From contig JAZQBW010000070.1 of assembly GCA_045545895.1 (NCBI GenBank), forward strand, positions 17,089 through 81,088: a DNA stretch of 64,000 nt, in the 5' to 3' direction. The position numbers and the translations under genes were made by a program. How positions within the stretch are numbered: position 1 is the stretch's first letter; every line of letters begins with the position of its first letter. Below are positions 39,747 through 49,957 of this stretch, piece by piece. The notes beneath the pieces are model-generated. The model was not told the origin of the DNA. It saw only the letters and a program-made list of their open reading frames with translations, and searched no databases. This DNA is from Faecalimonas sp. Its GTDB lineage: Bacteria > Bacillota > Clostridia > Lachnospirales > Lachnospiraceae.

Positions 39747-40835
39747 ATGATATCAAATCAAATACTTCAAAGTACAATCGATGGGCTCAAATCAATCACC
39801 AGAATTGATTTGTGTATAATGGATACAGAAGGGAAGGTCATAGCGACCACCTATTCGGAGACGGGAGAATATGGGGCATCTGTTCGTGCATTTGTAGAAT
39901 CTCCTGCAGATAGCCAAGTGATACAAGGATGCCAATTTTTTAAGATTTATGATGAATATCATTTGGAATATGTGCTACTGGTTTATGGTGGAAGCGAGGA
40001 TGCTTATACCATTGGAAAATTGGCGGCATTCCAGCTTCAAAGTTTGTTAGTGGCATATAAGGAACGGTTTGACAAAGATAATTTTGTCAAGAACTTACTT
40101 CTTGATAATCTTTTATTGGTGGATATTTACAATCGTGCTAAGAAATTACGAATTGACACCGATGTAAAACGTGCTATCTTTGTGATACAGATTTTGTCAG
40201 AAAAAGACATGAATATGCTGGAGAGGGTACGTACGTTATTAAACGGAGACGGCAACGAATTTATTACAGCAGTAGATGAAAAGAATATTATTGTAGTCAG
40301 AAGAATGGGAGCCAATGAGGGGTACACAGAGGCAGAAAAAGCTGCCCATGAGATGCTGGATGTATTGAAAAAAGAAGGCGTGGAAGATGTACACGTGGCC
40401 TATGGAACCATTGTTCATGACATCAAAGAAGTATCCAAGTCTTACAAAGAAGCAAAGCTTGCTTTGGATGTAGGGAAGATCTTCTTTAGTGAAAAAGACA
40501 TCATAGCATATAATACCTTGGGAATTGGACGCTTAATCTATCAATTGCCGATTCCACTTTGTAAGATGTTTATTCGAGAGGTTTTTGAGGGGAAATCTCC
40601 AGATGATTTTGATGAGGAAACGCTGGTTACCATCAACAAGTTTTTTGAGAATAGTTTGAATGTGTCAGAAACATCCAGACAGTTATACATCCATAGAAAT
40701 ACATTGGTATACAGATTAGACAAGATTCAAAAAAGTACAGGTCTGGATTTGCGTGTATTTGAAGATGCAATTACATTTAAGATTGCACTTATGGTTGTGA
40801 AGTATATGAAATACATGGAGACATTGGAGTATTAA
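39747..40835 (+). CDS. CdaR/PucR-family transcriptional regulator
   Basis: C-terminal HTH NSLNVSETSRQLYIHRNTLVYRLDKI. Confidence 0.9.
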   Translation: MISNQILQSTIDGLKSITRIDLCIMDTEGKVIATTYSETGEYGASVRAFVESPADSQVIQGCQFFKIYDEYHLEYVLLVYGGSEDAYTIGKLAAFQLQSLLVAYKERFDKDNFVKNLLLDNLLLVDIYNRAKKLRIDTDVKRAIFVIQILSEKDMNMLERVRTLLNGDGNEFITAVDEKNIIVVRRMGANEGYTEAEKAAHEMLDVLKKEGVEDVHVAYGTIVHDIKEVSKSYKEAKLALDVGKIFFSEKDIIAYNTLGIGRLIYQLPIPLCKMFIREVFEGKSPDDFDEETLVTINKFFENSLNVSETSRQLYIHRNTLVYRLDKIQKSTGLDLRVFEDAITFKIALMVVKYMKYMETLEY

Positions 40836-40851
40836 TAATTAGGAGGCGCAT

Positions 40852-41523
40852 ATGATAGAATTAAGGAAAGTAACGAAAGAGTACTCGAAGGGCATAGCTG
40901 CCCTCAATGGTGTCAGTCTCAAGATTGAACAGGGAGAGTTTGTATTTATCGTAGGGGATAGTGGCTCCGGTAAGTCCACTTTGATTCGTCTTTTGATGAA
41001 GGAATTGGAGCCAACAGGCGGTGACATCCGCGTAATGGGAGAAAAGTTAAGTGAGTTAGAACACAAGGAGATTCCATTTTATCGTAGAAAAATCGGAGTC
41101 GTGTTCCAAGATTTCCGTCTTTTAAAAGATAGGAATGTATACGAGAACATTGCTTTTGCCCTTCGTGTTACAGAGGCACCAAGCCGTGTGATTAAGAAAA
41201 AAGTGCCTGCCGCTCTTTCATTGGTAGGTTTGGCTCAGAAATATAAATCCTATCCAAAAGAATTATCAGGAGGAGAGCAGCAGCGTGTTGCTATTGCAAG
41301 AGCCATTGTAAATGAGCCTTCCATTTTGCTTGCAGATGAGCCCACCGGTAATCTGGATCCGGTAAACTCATGGGAGATTATGAAGCTTTTGGAAGAGGCA
41401 AACGAAAGAGGAACCACAGTAATCGTAGTTACTCATAATCATGAAATTGTGAAAACAATGAAAAAACGCGTCATTACAATGCAAAAGGGGATCATTGTAA
41501 GTGATGAAAAGGTGGGTGTATAA
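40852..41523 (+). CDS. ftsE: Cell division ABC ATPase FtsE
   Basis: [35 protein letters not shown]; followed by ftsX. Confidence 0.95.
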   Translation: MIELRKVTKEYSKGIAALNGVSLKIEQGEFVFIVGDSGSGKSTLIRLLMKELEPTGGDIRVMGEKLSELEHKEIPFYRRKIGVVFQDFRLLKDRNVYENIAFALRVTEAPSRVIKKKVPAALSLVGLAQKYKSYPKELSGGEQQRVAIARAIVNEPSILLADEPTGNLDPVNSWEIMKLLEEANERGTTVIVVTHNHEIVKTMKKRVITMQKGIIVSDEKVGV

Positions 41524-42432
41524 ATGAGATTCGGTACAGTAAAATACTCGGTAAAACAAGGGGTTAAGAATATTGCAAGAAACAGAATGTTCTCCATCGC
41601 ATCCATTGCGACTATGGCGGCATGTATTTTCCTGTTTGGAATATTCTTTTCGATTATTAGGAACTTTAGCCACATTGTAGAAAAGGCAGAAGAAGGCGTA
41701 GCAATTGTGGTTTTATTCGATGAAGAAGCCACAGATGAACGTGTAGAGAAGATTGGAAAACAGCTTTCCAAACATGAAGGTGTCTTGGAAGTCAAATATG
41801 TTTCCGCAGAAGAAGCATGGGAAGAATTCCAAAAGAGTTATCTGGCTGACAATCCGGAATTAGCAGAAGGATTTGCAGATGACAATCCATTGGCCAATTC
41901 GGACAACTATGAAGTTTATTTAGAGTCTGTGGAGAATCAAGAAGAGGTTGTTGCTTTTGCAGAGAGTCTGGAAGGGGTTCGTAAAGTTAACAAATCAGAC
42001 GTGGTAGCTAAGACATTAGAGAACTTTAACGTATTGCTTACCTATATTTCAGGTGCAATCATTTTAATCCTTCTCATTGTTGCAGTATTTTTGATTAGTA
42101 ACACCGTATCCATGGGTATTACAATCCGAAGAGAAGAGATTGCTATTATGAAATATATTGGAGCAAAGGATTCTTTCGTAAGAGCACCATTCGTAATCGA
42201 AGGTATTCTGATTGGCGTTGTGGGGGCAGCGATTCCACTCATTATACTTTACTTTGCATATGAAAAAGCAGTAAGTGCCATTATCAGTAAGTTTTCTGTA
42301 TTAAATACAATTCTGGAATTCCTTCCGGTAACAGAAGTATACAAGTTTTTACTTCCAATCGGACTGGCTCTTGGAGTGGGAATTGGATTTATCGGAAGCT
42401 TCCTCACCATTCGGAAGCATTTGAAAGCATAG
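41524..42432 (+). CDS. ftsX: Cell division permease FtsX
   Basis: TM1, large extracellular domain, ISNTV...RREEI.IMKYIGA...PF..EG. Confidence 0.94.
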   Translation: MRFGTVKYSVKQGVKNIARNRMFSIASIATMAACIFLFGIFFSIIRNFSHIVEKAEEGVAIVVLFDEEATDERVEKIGKQLSKHEGVLEVKYVSAEEAWEEFQKSYLADNPELAEGFADDNPLANSDNYEVYLESVENQEEVVAFAESLEGVRKVNKSDVVAKTLENFNVLLTYISGAIILILLIVAVFLISNTVSMGITIRREEIAIMKYIGAKDSFVRAPFVIEGILIGVVGAAIPLIILYFAYEKAVSAIISKFSVLNTILEFLPVTEVYKFLLPIGLALGVGIGFIGSFLTIRKHLKA

Positions 42433-42440
42433 GAGTTTAT

Positions 42441-43613
42441 ATGAAACTGGGGAGAAGATTAATAAGTGGGATGCTGGTCTTTGTACTGACAGTCAGTATG
42501 GTATTGGCTGTTCAGGCAGAGAATATCAACGATATGAAGAATCAGCAGCAACAGTTGGAAGAACAGCAAAAAGAGGCGGAATCGGAAAAGAAGTCTTTGG
42601 CAGCCAGGGTGCAGGAATTGGCATCGTCCATGAAACAGACAGAGAATCGTCTGGAGCAAAAGCGGGCAGAGATTGATGAGGCCGAGCAGGACCTGATTAT
42701 GGCTAAGATGGAAGAAAGCGAACAATACGAAAGTATGAAGCTTCGTATCCGTTATATGTATGAAAATGGAAATGTGAATCTCATTGAAATTTTCATGGAA
42801 TCCGACAGTATTGCAGATTTTTTCAACAAAACAGAATATATACAAAAGATGTCTGAGTATGACAGACAAAAACTGGATGAATTTCAAATGACTGTTCGAG
42901 CAGTGGAAGAAAAGGAACTGGTGCTTCAGGCGGAGTACGGGGAACTGGAAACATTGCAGGCTTCCTTGGCTCAGCAGAGTGCAGAGGCAAAAGAACTTTT
43001 AAGTGCAAAGTCATCAGAATTGGCTAATATTCAATCTCAGTTGAAGGGCATCAAGGATAATATTAAAAAGGCGGAAGATGAAGCAAGAAGAGCGGCAGAG
43101 AAAGCGAAAGCGGAAGCGAATAAGAAGCCGGCAAGCAACTCTGGTAGTTCCAATTCGGGAAGTACAGGGAATTCCGGAAGTTCAAGTGGAAGTTCGACCG
43201 TAAAGCCACCGGTAGTAAGTGGGAACGGTTACTTTACACATCCATGTCCGGGAATGTCTTATCAATCCAGTTATTTTGGAGAGATTCGTCAGGGTATCGG
43301 AGATGACAGACCACACAAAGGTCACGACTATGCTGCTCCAAGAGGAACTCCAATCTACGCGGCGGCAGCAGGCACTGTGCTGATTGCCGGTTATAGTTCT
43401 TCTGCAGGTAACTGGGTAGTCATCAGCCATGGCAATGGATTGGTGACCAAGTATATGCACATGTTTGAGAGCCCTTATGTTTCTGCCGGAGATAAGGTGG
43501 CAAAAGGGCAACACATAGGCGGTGTGGGAACAACCGGCCAGTCCACCGGTAATCACCTTCATTTTCAAGTAGAAGTAGATGGTGTGGCGGTGAATCCATC
43601 AAATTATATGTAG
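42441..43613 (+). CDS. Secreted coiled-coil M23 peptidoglycan endopeptidase (FtsEX partner)
   Basis: Signal peptide, long coiled coil, S/G linker, HKGHD and HLH zinc motifs. Confidence 0.9.
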   Translation: MKLGRRLISGMLVFVLTVSMVLAVQAENINDMKNQQQQLEEQQKEAESEKKSLAARVQELASSMKQTENRLEQKRAEIDEAEQDLIMAKMEESEQYESMKLRIRYMYENGNVNLIEIFMESDSIADFFNKTEYIQKMSEYDRQKLDEFQMTVRAVEEKELVLQAEYGELETLQASLAQQSAEAKELLSAKSSELANIQSQLKGIKDNIKKAEDEARRAAEKAKAEANKKPASNSGSSNSGSTGNSGSSSGSSTVKPPVVSGNGYFTHPCPGMSYQSSYFGEIRQGIGDDRPHKGHDYAAPRGTPIYAAAAGTVLIAGYSSSAGNWVVISHGNGLVTKYMHMFESPYVSAGDKVAKGQHIGGVGTTGQSTGNHLHFQVEVDGVAVNPSNYM

Positions 43614-43625
43614 GAAGGTACATAC

Positions 43626-44795
43626 ATGGGATATAAAAGAAGTTTTTTGAAAGGGGCGCTGGTTGGCGCCCTTGCTATGTTAGTAATTGTAGGCGTTATC
43701 TTAACAAACATATTCGGTTTAGACGGAATCTTGGATACTGCCACGGAACAGAAGATGCAGGTTATTCAAAATATGATTCGAAGCCAATATCTTTACGAGG
43801 ATGAAGTGGATGAGGAACTGCTTCAGGAGTCTATTATCAAAGGATATGTGGCAGGATTGGGGGATCCTTATTCTGTATATTATGATGAAGCAGAGACACA
43901 GAGCCTCAAGGAATCCACATCAGGAGAATTTGGTGGAATCGGTGTAGTCATTACCCAGGAAATAGAGACCCAGATTATTACATTTACCACAGTGTATGAC
44001 AAGTCGCCGGGACAAAAAGCCGGACTTTTGGATGGAGATATTCTCTACAAGGTGAACGGGGAAGAAGTGACAGGTCAGGATTTGGATACAGTGGTTTCTA
44101 AGATTCGTGGAGAAAAAGGAACTACTGTTGAGATTACCGTTTTACGAGGGGAAAACATGGAGGAATTCACCTGCAAGGTGACCAGAGATATTATTGAGGT
44201 AAATACGGTAGCCTATGAGATGAAGGAAGAAAACATAGGATATATTCAAGTCTCTGGCTTTGAAACAGTGACATATCGTCAGTTTGAAACTGCATTAACA
44301 GAGTTGACAAATCAAGGCATGCAGTCGTTGGTGGTTGACCTTAGAAACAATCCGGGAGGGAATCTGTCTACCGTGTGCGACATGTTAGACTTGATTCTGC
44401 CACAGGGAACTATCGTTTCAACCAAAGACAAAAAAGGAAAGGGAGAAGTGATTACTTCAGATGAGGAGCGGCAGCTTAACATCCCGATGGCAGTTTTGAT
44501 TAATGGAAATAGTGCCAGCGCATCTGAAATCTTTGCAGGAGCCATTCAGGATTACGGAGTTGGTACTTTAGTTGGAACCACAACCTATGGAAAAGGCATT
44601 GTGCAGAATATCTATGGCCTGCCGGATGGAACCAGTTTGAAGCTTACTACATCAGAATATTTTACACCGAAGGGAAGAAATATTCACGGCATCGGGATTG
44701 AGCCGGATGTGAAGGTTGAATATGTATATAATAAAGACAATCCGGAGGCAGACAATCAATTGGAAGCAGCCCTGGAATGTTTACGAGAAATTTAA
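43626..44795 (+). CDS. ctpA: S41 C-terminal processing peptidase with PDZ domain
   Basis: DPYS, FGGIG, DLRNNPGG, SASASE, TYGKG. Confidence 0.9.
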   Translation: MGYKRSFLKGALVGALAMLVIVGVILTNIFGLDGILDTATEQKMQVIQNMIRSQYLYEDEVDEELLQESIIKGYVAGLGDPYSVYYDEAETQSLKESTSGEFGGIGVVITQEIETQIITFTTVYDKSPGQKAGLLDGDILYKVNGEEVTGQDLDTVVSKIRGEKGTTVEITVLRGENMEEFTCKVTRDIIEVNTVAYEMKEENIGYIQVSGFETVTYRQFETALTELTNQGMQSLVVDLRNNPGGNLSTVCDMLDLILPQGTIVSTKDKKGKGEVITSDEERQLNIPMAVLINGNSASASEIFAGAIQDYGVGTLVGTTTYGKGIVQNIYGLPDGTSLKLTTSEYFTPKGRNIHGIGIEPDVKVEYVYNKDNPEADNQLEAALECLREI

Positions 44796-44826
44796 TGGAA
44801 TGCAAAGATTTGCATTCCATTTTTTT
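44795..44826 (+). terminator. Intrinsic terminator
   Basis: atggaatgcaaa/tttgcattccat plus T-run. Confidence 0.85.
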
Positions 44827-44923
44827 CTGCCCTGTGTTAAAATATTGTTAATATGTGGTACTGCGTGTTTTTATGCCTTGCCATAATTGTTTTATCGTAA
44901 ATAAAATTCCAGGAGGAAGAGCA

Positions 44924-45850
44924 ATGATTAATAAATTAGTACAAAACATTAAAAAAACCAATGCACCAATCGTAGTAGGCTTAGACCCAATGTTAAACTA
45001 CATTCCGGAGCATGTGCAGAAAAAAGCCTTTGCGGAATTTGGAGAGACATTAGAAGGTGCAGCAGAAGCAATCTGGCAATTCAACAAGGAAATCGTGGAC
45101 AAGACATACGATTTGATTCCGGCAGTGAAACCACAGATTGCCATGTATGAGCAATTTGGAATTCCGGGACTTGTTGCCTTTAAGAAAACAGTTGATTACT
45201 GTAAAGAAAAAGGTTTGGTAGTGATCGGTGATATTAAGCGTGGCGATATCGGTTCTACGTCAGCAGCTTACGCTGTTGGACACGTTGGCCGTGTGCAGGT
45301 AGGAAGCAAGACCTATGTTCCTTTTGATGAAGATTTCGTAACAGTAAATCCATACCTTGGTTCAGATGGTGTAGACCCATTTATTAAAGTTTGCAAGGAA
45401 GAAAACAAAGGTATTTTTGTATTGGTTAAGACTTCTAATCCATCCAGTGGTGAGTTCCAAGATCAGTTAATTAATGGAAAACCATTGTATGAATTGGTTG
45501 GGGAAAAAGTTGCTGCATGGGGCGAATCACACATGGGTGATGAATATAGCTATGTTGGTGCAGTAGTTGGAGCAACTTATCCGGAGATGGGAAAAGTACT
45601 TCGTAAGGTAATGCCGAAGGCATATATCTTAGTTCCAGGTTACGGCGCACAAGGCGGAAAAGGAAAAGACTTGGTACACTTCTTTAACGAAGACGGACTT
45701 GGAGCAATCGTAAACTCCTCACGTGGAATTATCGCAGCTTATAAGCAAGAAGCATATGCAAAGTTCGGTGCTGAAAACTTTGGGGAAGCTTCCAGAGCGG
45801 CTGTGGAAGATATGGTTACGGATATCAAGGGCGCGCTTGAAAATAGATAG
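44924..45850 (+). CDS. pyrF: Orotidine-5'-phosphate decarboxylase
   Basis: VGLDP, KPQIA, DIKRGDIGST, KTSN, PGYGAQG, NSSRGI. Confidence 0.95.
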   Translation: MINKLVQNIKKTNAPIVVGLDPMLNYIPEHVQKKAFAEFGETLEGAAEAIWQFNKEIVDKTYDLIPAVKPQIAMYEQFGIPGLVAFKKTVDYCKEKGLVVIGDIKRGDIGSTSAAYAVGHVGRVQVGSKTYVPFDEDFVTVNPYLGSDGVDPFIKVCKEENKGIFVLVKTSNPSSGEFQDQLINGKPLYELVGEKVAAWGESHMGDEYSYVGAVVGATYPEMGKVLRKVMPKAYILVPGYGAQGGKGKDLVHFFNEDGLGAIVNSSRGIIAAYKQEAYAKFGAENFGEASRAAVEDMVTDIKGALENR

Positions 45851-45861
45851 GAGATTAAAAC

Positions 45862-46644
45862 ATGGCAGACAGAAAAAAAGAAAATGCAGTTGTTGTTTCA
45901 CAGGAACAGATTGCAGCCGGTATTTTCAGTATGTGGCTTCGCACAGAGGCAGCAGAGACTGCAAAACCGGGACAATTCATTTCCATGTATACAAATGATG
46001 GAACCAAATTACTTCCAAGACCAATCAGTATCTGTGAAATTGACAAAGAAAATGGAAAGTTACGGGTAGTGTATCGTGTGACCGGTGATAATACAGGTAC
46101 AGAGCAGTTCTCCAAACTACAAGAAGGAGACAAGGTTCCGGTGATTGGACCTTTGGGAAATGGATTTCCATTGGAAAAAGCGGAAGGTAAAAAAGCTTTT
46201 CTTATGGGTGGTGGAATCGGTGTTCCTCCGATTTTGGAACTCGCAAAGCAATTACATTGTGAAAAACAGATTGTGGTGGGCTATCGTGATGAACACACGT
46301 TTTTAAGAGAACAGTTTGAAGAAAACGGTACTGTATATATTTCCACAGAAGACGGAAGCGTGGGTACAAAAGGGAATGTGATGAACGCTATTGCAGAAAA
46401 TGGGTTGACAGCAGATATTATTTACGCCTGTGGTCCGACTCCAATGCTTCGTGCAATTAAGAATTTTGCGGAGGAAAATGGAATCGAATGCTACATTTCC
46501 TTAGAAGAAAGAATGGCATGTGGAATCGGTGCTTGCCTTGCATGTGTATGTAAGTCAAAAGAAAAAGACCACCACACCAATGTACACAACAAACGTATCT
46601 GTAAAGAAGGTCCGGTATTCTTGTCTACGGAGGTGGAAATCTAA
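45862..46644 (+). CDS. pyrK: Dihydroorotate dehydrogenase electron transfer subunit
   Basis: PRPIS, GPLGNGF, ACGP, MACGIGACLAC...C..GPVF. Confidence 0.94.
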   Translation: MADRKKENAVVVSQEQIAAGIFSMWLRTEAAETAKPGQFISMYTNDGTKLLPRPISICEIDKENGKLRVVYRVTGDNTGTEQFSKLQEGDKVPVIGPLGNGFPLEKAEGKKAFLMGGGIGVPPILELAKQLHCEKQIVVGYRDEHTFLREQFEENGTVYISTEDGSVGTKGNVMNAIAENGLTADIIYACGPTPMLRAIKNFAEENGIECYISLEERMACGIGACLACVCKSKEKDHHTNVHNKRICKEGPVFLSTEVEI

Positions 46645-47546
46645 TGAACATGAGTGTAAATATTGCAGGGGTAGAGTGGAAGAATCCTGTGACAGTGGCT
46701 TCAGGAACATTTGGTTCCGGGGCAGAATTTGATGAATTTGTAGATTTGAATAAGTTGGGTGCGGTGACCACAAAGGGAGTTGCCAACGTGCCTTGGACAG
46801 GAAATCCTACACCTCGTGTGGCAGAGACATACGGGGGAATGATGAATGCAATCGGACTTCAAAATCCGGGCATTGACTTGTTCTGCGAAAGAGATATTCC
46901 GTTTTTAAAGAAATATGACACAAAGATTATTGTGAACGTCTGCGGACACGCACCGGAAGAATATTTTGCTGTAGTAGAAAGGCTTGCAGATGAGCCAATC
47001 GATATGATGGAGATCAACATCTCTTGCCCAAATGTAAATGCGGGCTTTTTGGCGTTTGGACAGGATCCAAAGCAAGTGGAAAAGCTAACAGCGGAGATTA
47101 AAAAACTTGCAAAGCAGCCGGTGATTATGAAGCTTACACCGAACGTAACAGATATTACGGAGATTGCCAAAGCGGCAGAGGCTGGCGGTGCAGATGCTGT
47201 TTCTTTGATTAATACCTTGACAGGCATGAAGATTGATATCAATCGCCGTACATTTGCAGTAGCCAACAAGACTGCCGGTGTATCCGGTCCGGCAATTCAT
47301 CCAATTGCAGTTCGTATGGTATACCAGGTGGCAAATGCAGTCAATATTCCAATCATCGGCATGGGAGGGATTGCATCTGCAGAGGATGCAATTGAGATGA
47401 TTCTGGCAGGAGCAAGTGCGGTGGCTGTTGGTACAGCTAACTTCCATAATCCTGCAGTTACAATGGAGATTGTAGATGGCATAGAAAACTATATGAAGAA
47501 AAATGGATTTGATTCAGTCAGTGAAATGGTTGGATTAGTAAAGTAG
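46644..47546 (+). CDS. pyrD: Dihydroorotate dehydrogenase B catalytic subunit
   Basis: ASGTFG, GNPTPR, EINISCPN, KLTPN, INT. Confidence 0.95.
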   Translation: MNMSVNIAGVEWKNPVTVASGTFGSGAEFDEFVDLNKLGAVTTKGVANVPWTGNPTPRVAETYGGMMNAIGLQNPGIDLFCERDIPFLKKYDTKIIVNVCGHAPEEYFAVVERLADEPIDMMEINISCPNVNAGFLAFGQDPKQVEKLTAEIKKLAKQPVIMKLTPNVTDITEIAKAAEAGGADAVSLINTLTGMKIDINRRTFAVANKTAGVSGPAIHPIAVRMVYQVANAVNIPIIGMGGIASAEDAIEMILAGASAVAVGTANFHNPAVTMEIVDGIENYMKKNGFDSVSEMVGLVK

Positions 47547-47552
47547 GGGTTT

Positions 47553-48464
47553 ATGAAAAATAAGAGAGTATGGATAATGATGATGGTCATGGTTCTTGCG
47601 ATGCTTTGTGGCTGTGGGAATCAAGATGAAAAAGAGCAGAAGATGACAGAAGATATAGGGGAGATTCTGACTGCAGATGCAACGGAAATGGATGGGAAGA
47701 TAGCAGCCGCAGATGGACCCACCATGCTAGAGTTTGTGGATGTACATGGTGAGATTCATCAGATGGAGGTAAACTCTAACGTGGCACCAAACCTTTATGA
47801 CAACCAAGGCTTTCTTCACAATGGAAACCGAATGTCATATGGTGGTGAGGATTACAGTTACCGTCTGGGAATCGATGTTTCCCACTATCAGGGAGAGATT
47901 GATTGGCAAAAAGTAAAAGCTGCGGGCATCGAATTTGTTTTCGTGCGTTTGGGATACCGAGGCTATGGCCAGGAAGGCGTCTTAAAACTGGATACCAACT
48001 TTGAGAAAAATATGAAAGGTGCCCGTGCGGCAGGCTTAGATGTAGGAGTCTACTTCTTTGCACAGGCAGTGAATGAGACGGAAGCCATAGAAGAGGCAGA
48101 ATTTGTGCTGGAACACTTAATGGAATACGATTTGCAGATGCCGATTGTGTATGATCCTGAGAGTGTTTTGCATGAGGAAGCTAGAACAGACAACGTTACC
48201 GAGGAACAGTTTACAAAGAACACAAAGGCGTTTTGCGAAACCATCGAGAAGTCCGGTTATGATGCCATGATATATTGTAATATGACATGGCAGGCATTCA
48301 AATTGGATTTGGAAGAGCTAGAGGAATATCCGATTTGGTATGCAGATTATGAAGAATATCCACAGACACCGTACCATTTTGATATATGGCAGTATAGCAA
48401 CGAAGGAAGCGTGGACGGGATACAAGGGAATGTGGATTTGAATATTCAGATGATAAAGAAATAG
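47553..48464 (+). CDS. GH25 lysozyme-family lipoprotein
   Basis: Lipobox LCGC; GIDVSHYQG.IDW, DPE, WQYS, VDLN. Confidence 0.88.
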   Translation: MKNKRVWIMMMVMVLAMLCGCGNQDEKEQKMTEDIGEILTADATEMDGKIAAADGPTMLEFVDVHGEIHQMEVNSNVAPNLYDNQGFLHNGNRMSYGGEDYSYRLGIDVSHYQGEIDWQKVKAAGIEFVFVRLGYRGYGQEGVLKLDTNFEKNMKGARAAGLDVGVYFFAQAVNETEAIEEAEFVLEHLMEYDLQMPIVYDPESVLHEEARTDNVTEEQFTKNTKAFCETIEKSGYDAMIYCNMTWQAFKLDLEELEEYPIWYADYEEYPQTPYHFDIWQYSNEGSVDGIQGNVDLNIQMIKK

Positions 48465-48485
48465 ATATGATATAGGAGGCCAAAA

Positions 48486-49166
48486 ATGGAAAGTTACAAA
48501 CAAGAATTTATTGAATTTATGGTAGACAGTAAAGTGTTAAAATTCGGAGATTTTACTTTAAAGAGTGGTAGAAAATCCCCATTTTTCATGAATGCAGGGG
48601 GTTACGTAACAGGAGCACAACTGAAAAAGCTAGGTGAATACTATGCAAAGGCAATCTATGCAAGCTATGGGCTTGACTTTGACGTATTATTTGGACCTGC
48701 TTACAAAGGAATCCCGATTGCGGTTGTGACAGCGATTGCGTTCCACGAATTATATGGAAAAGAAGTTCGCTATTGTTCAGATAGAAAAGAAGAAAAAGAC
48801 CATGGTGCAGATAAAGGAAGCTTCCTTGGAACCAAGCTCAAAGACGGTGACCGGGTTGTCATGATCGAAGATGTAACTACTTCAGGTAAATCCATGGAAG
48901 AGACGGTTCCAAAGGTACGTGGGGCTGCAGATGTAGAGATTCTTGGACTTATGGTTTCCCTGAATCGTATGGAAGTAGGGCTTGGAGGAAAAGTAAGTGC
49001 CTTGGATGAGATTAAAGAGAAATACGGATTCGATGCAAATGCCATTGTTTCTATGGAGGAAGTGGTAGAGCATTTGTACAACAAAGAGTACAATGGGGAA
49101 GTCATCATTGACGACACATTAAAAGCAGCAATTGACGCATATTATGAAGAATATGGTGTAAAATAG
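48486..49166 (+). CDS. pyrE: Orotate phosphoribosyltransferase
   Basis: FTLKSGRKSP, FGPAYKGIP, KDHG, IEDVTTSG. Confidence 0.95.
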   Translation: MESYKQEFIEFMVDSKVLKFGDFTLKSGRKSPFFMNAGGYVTGAQLKKLGEYYAKAIYASYGLDFDVLFGPAYKGIPIAVVTAIAFHELYGKEVRYCSDRKEEKDHGADKGSFLGTKLKDGDRVVMIEDVTTSGKSMEETVPKVRGAADVEILGLMVSLNRMEVGLGGKVSALDEIKEKYGFDANAIVSMEEVVEHLYNKEYNGEVIIDDTLKAAIDAYYEEYGVK

Positions 49167-49170
49167 TAAA

Positions 49171-49617
49171 ATGAGTCGCAGAGTAGGAAAAATTCTATTT
49201 GTTTTATATATCATATTTGTATTCTATTTTTTGCTGATTTCTGAAATCTATGGAAGAATCGATAAGATGCAGGAATACCATTATAATCTGGTTCTTTTCC
49301 GGGAAATTAAGCGTTTTTGGAATTATCGTGAGCAGTTGGGAATGTTTGCCACAGCCACAAACTTGCTGGGTAACGTTCTCATCTTTCTTCCTTTTGGATT
49401 CTTTATGGCAATGGCAAGCAGGTATCGAAGCTTTCTGAGCACCTTGATTTACAGTTTTGCTCTTAGTCTCACCATAGAACTATCCCAGCTTTTTATGAAG
49501 GTGGGATGTTTTGATGTAGATGACTTACTGTTGAATACAATAGGTGGAATATTAGGGTTTATAACCTTTTTGATATGCAATGTGATAAGGAGAAACTATG
49601 CAAAGAAAAAAAGATGA
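49171..49617 (+). CDS. VanZ family membrane protein
   Basis: NLLGNVLIFLPFG, IELSQ, FDVDDLLLNTIGG. Confidence 0.88.
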   Translation: MSRRVGKILFVLYIIFVFYFLLISEIYGRIDKMQEYHYNLVLFREIKRFWNYREQLGMFATATNLLGNVLIFLPFGFFMAMASRYRSFLSTLIYSFALSLTIELSQLFMKVGCFDVDDLLLNTIGGILGFITFLICNVIRRNYAKKKR

Positions 49618-49957
49618 CAGAAGAAAAGATGATAGAAGGACAAGAGGAAACCGAAAATATGGACAGGCGAAGTTAAAACATTCAAAAAGGGGTGTTTTGT
49701 CCAGTGGGATTGCTGCAATGGTAGGAATATTGTTGCTGACTATGGTAGTAATCGCCTATACAAGCGGTGGCACAGCAGGCGCTTACATAGGAGGGCTTGG
49801 TATTGTAACTGCCATTTTATCCGGAGTTGGTATTTATTTTGGTTTCCGCGGATTAAAAGAAAGAGAGAAGGATTACCTGACCTGTAAGATCGGAATCGGA
49901 TGTAATATACTCTTTCTTGTTGGATTTATTGGGATCTTTTGCAGGGGGCTATTTTAA
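49598..49957 (+). CDS. Small membrane protein (DUF6142-like)
   Basis: Basic N-terminus, KHS..G, three hydrophobic segments. Confidence 0.6.
   Translation: MQRKKDDRRKDDRRTRGNRKYGQAKLKHSKRGVLSSGIAAMVGILLLTMVVIAYTSGGTAGAYIGGLGIVTAILSGVGIYFGFRGLKEREKDYLTCKIGIGCNILFLVGFIGIFCRGLF

Noticed and set aside
43135-43200. Ser/Gly/Asn quasi-repeats in the M23 gene
   Set aside because: Ordinary flexible linker
44826-44923. PyrR attenuator upstream of pyrF
   Set aside because: No PyrR binding-loop consensus or terminator/antiterminator pair visible
49171-49617. VanZ as a glycopeptide resistance cluster
   Set aside because: Generic VanZ-family protein with no other van genes nearby
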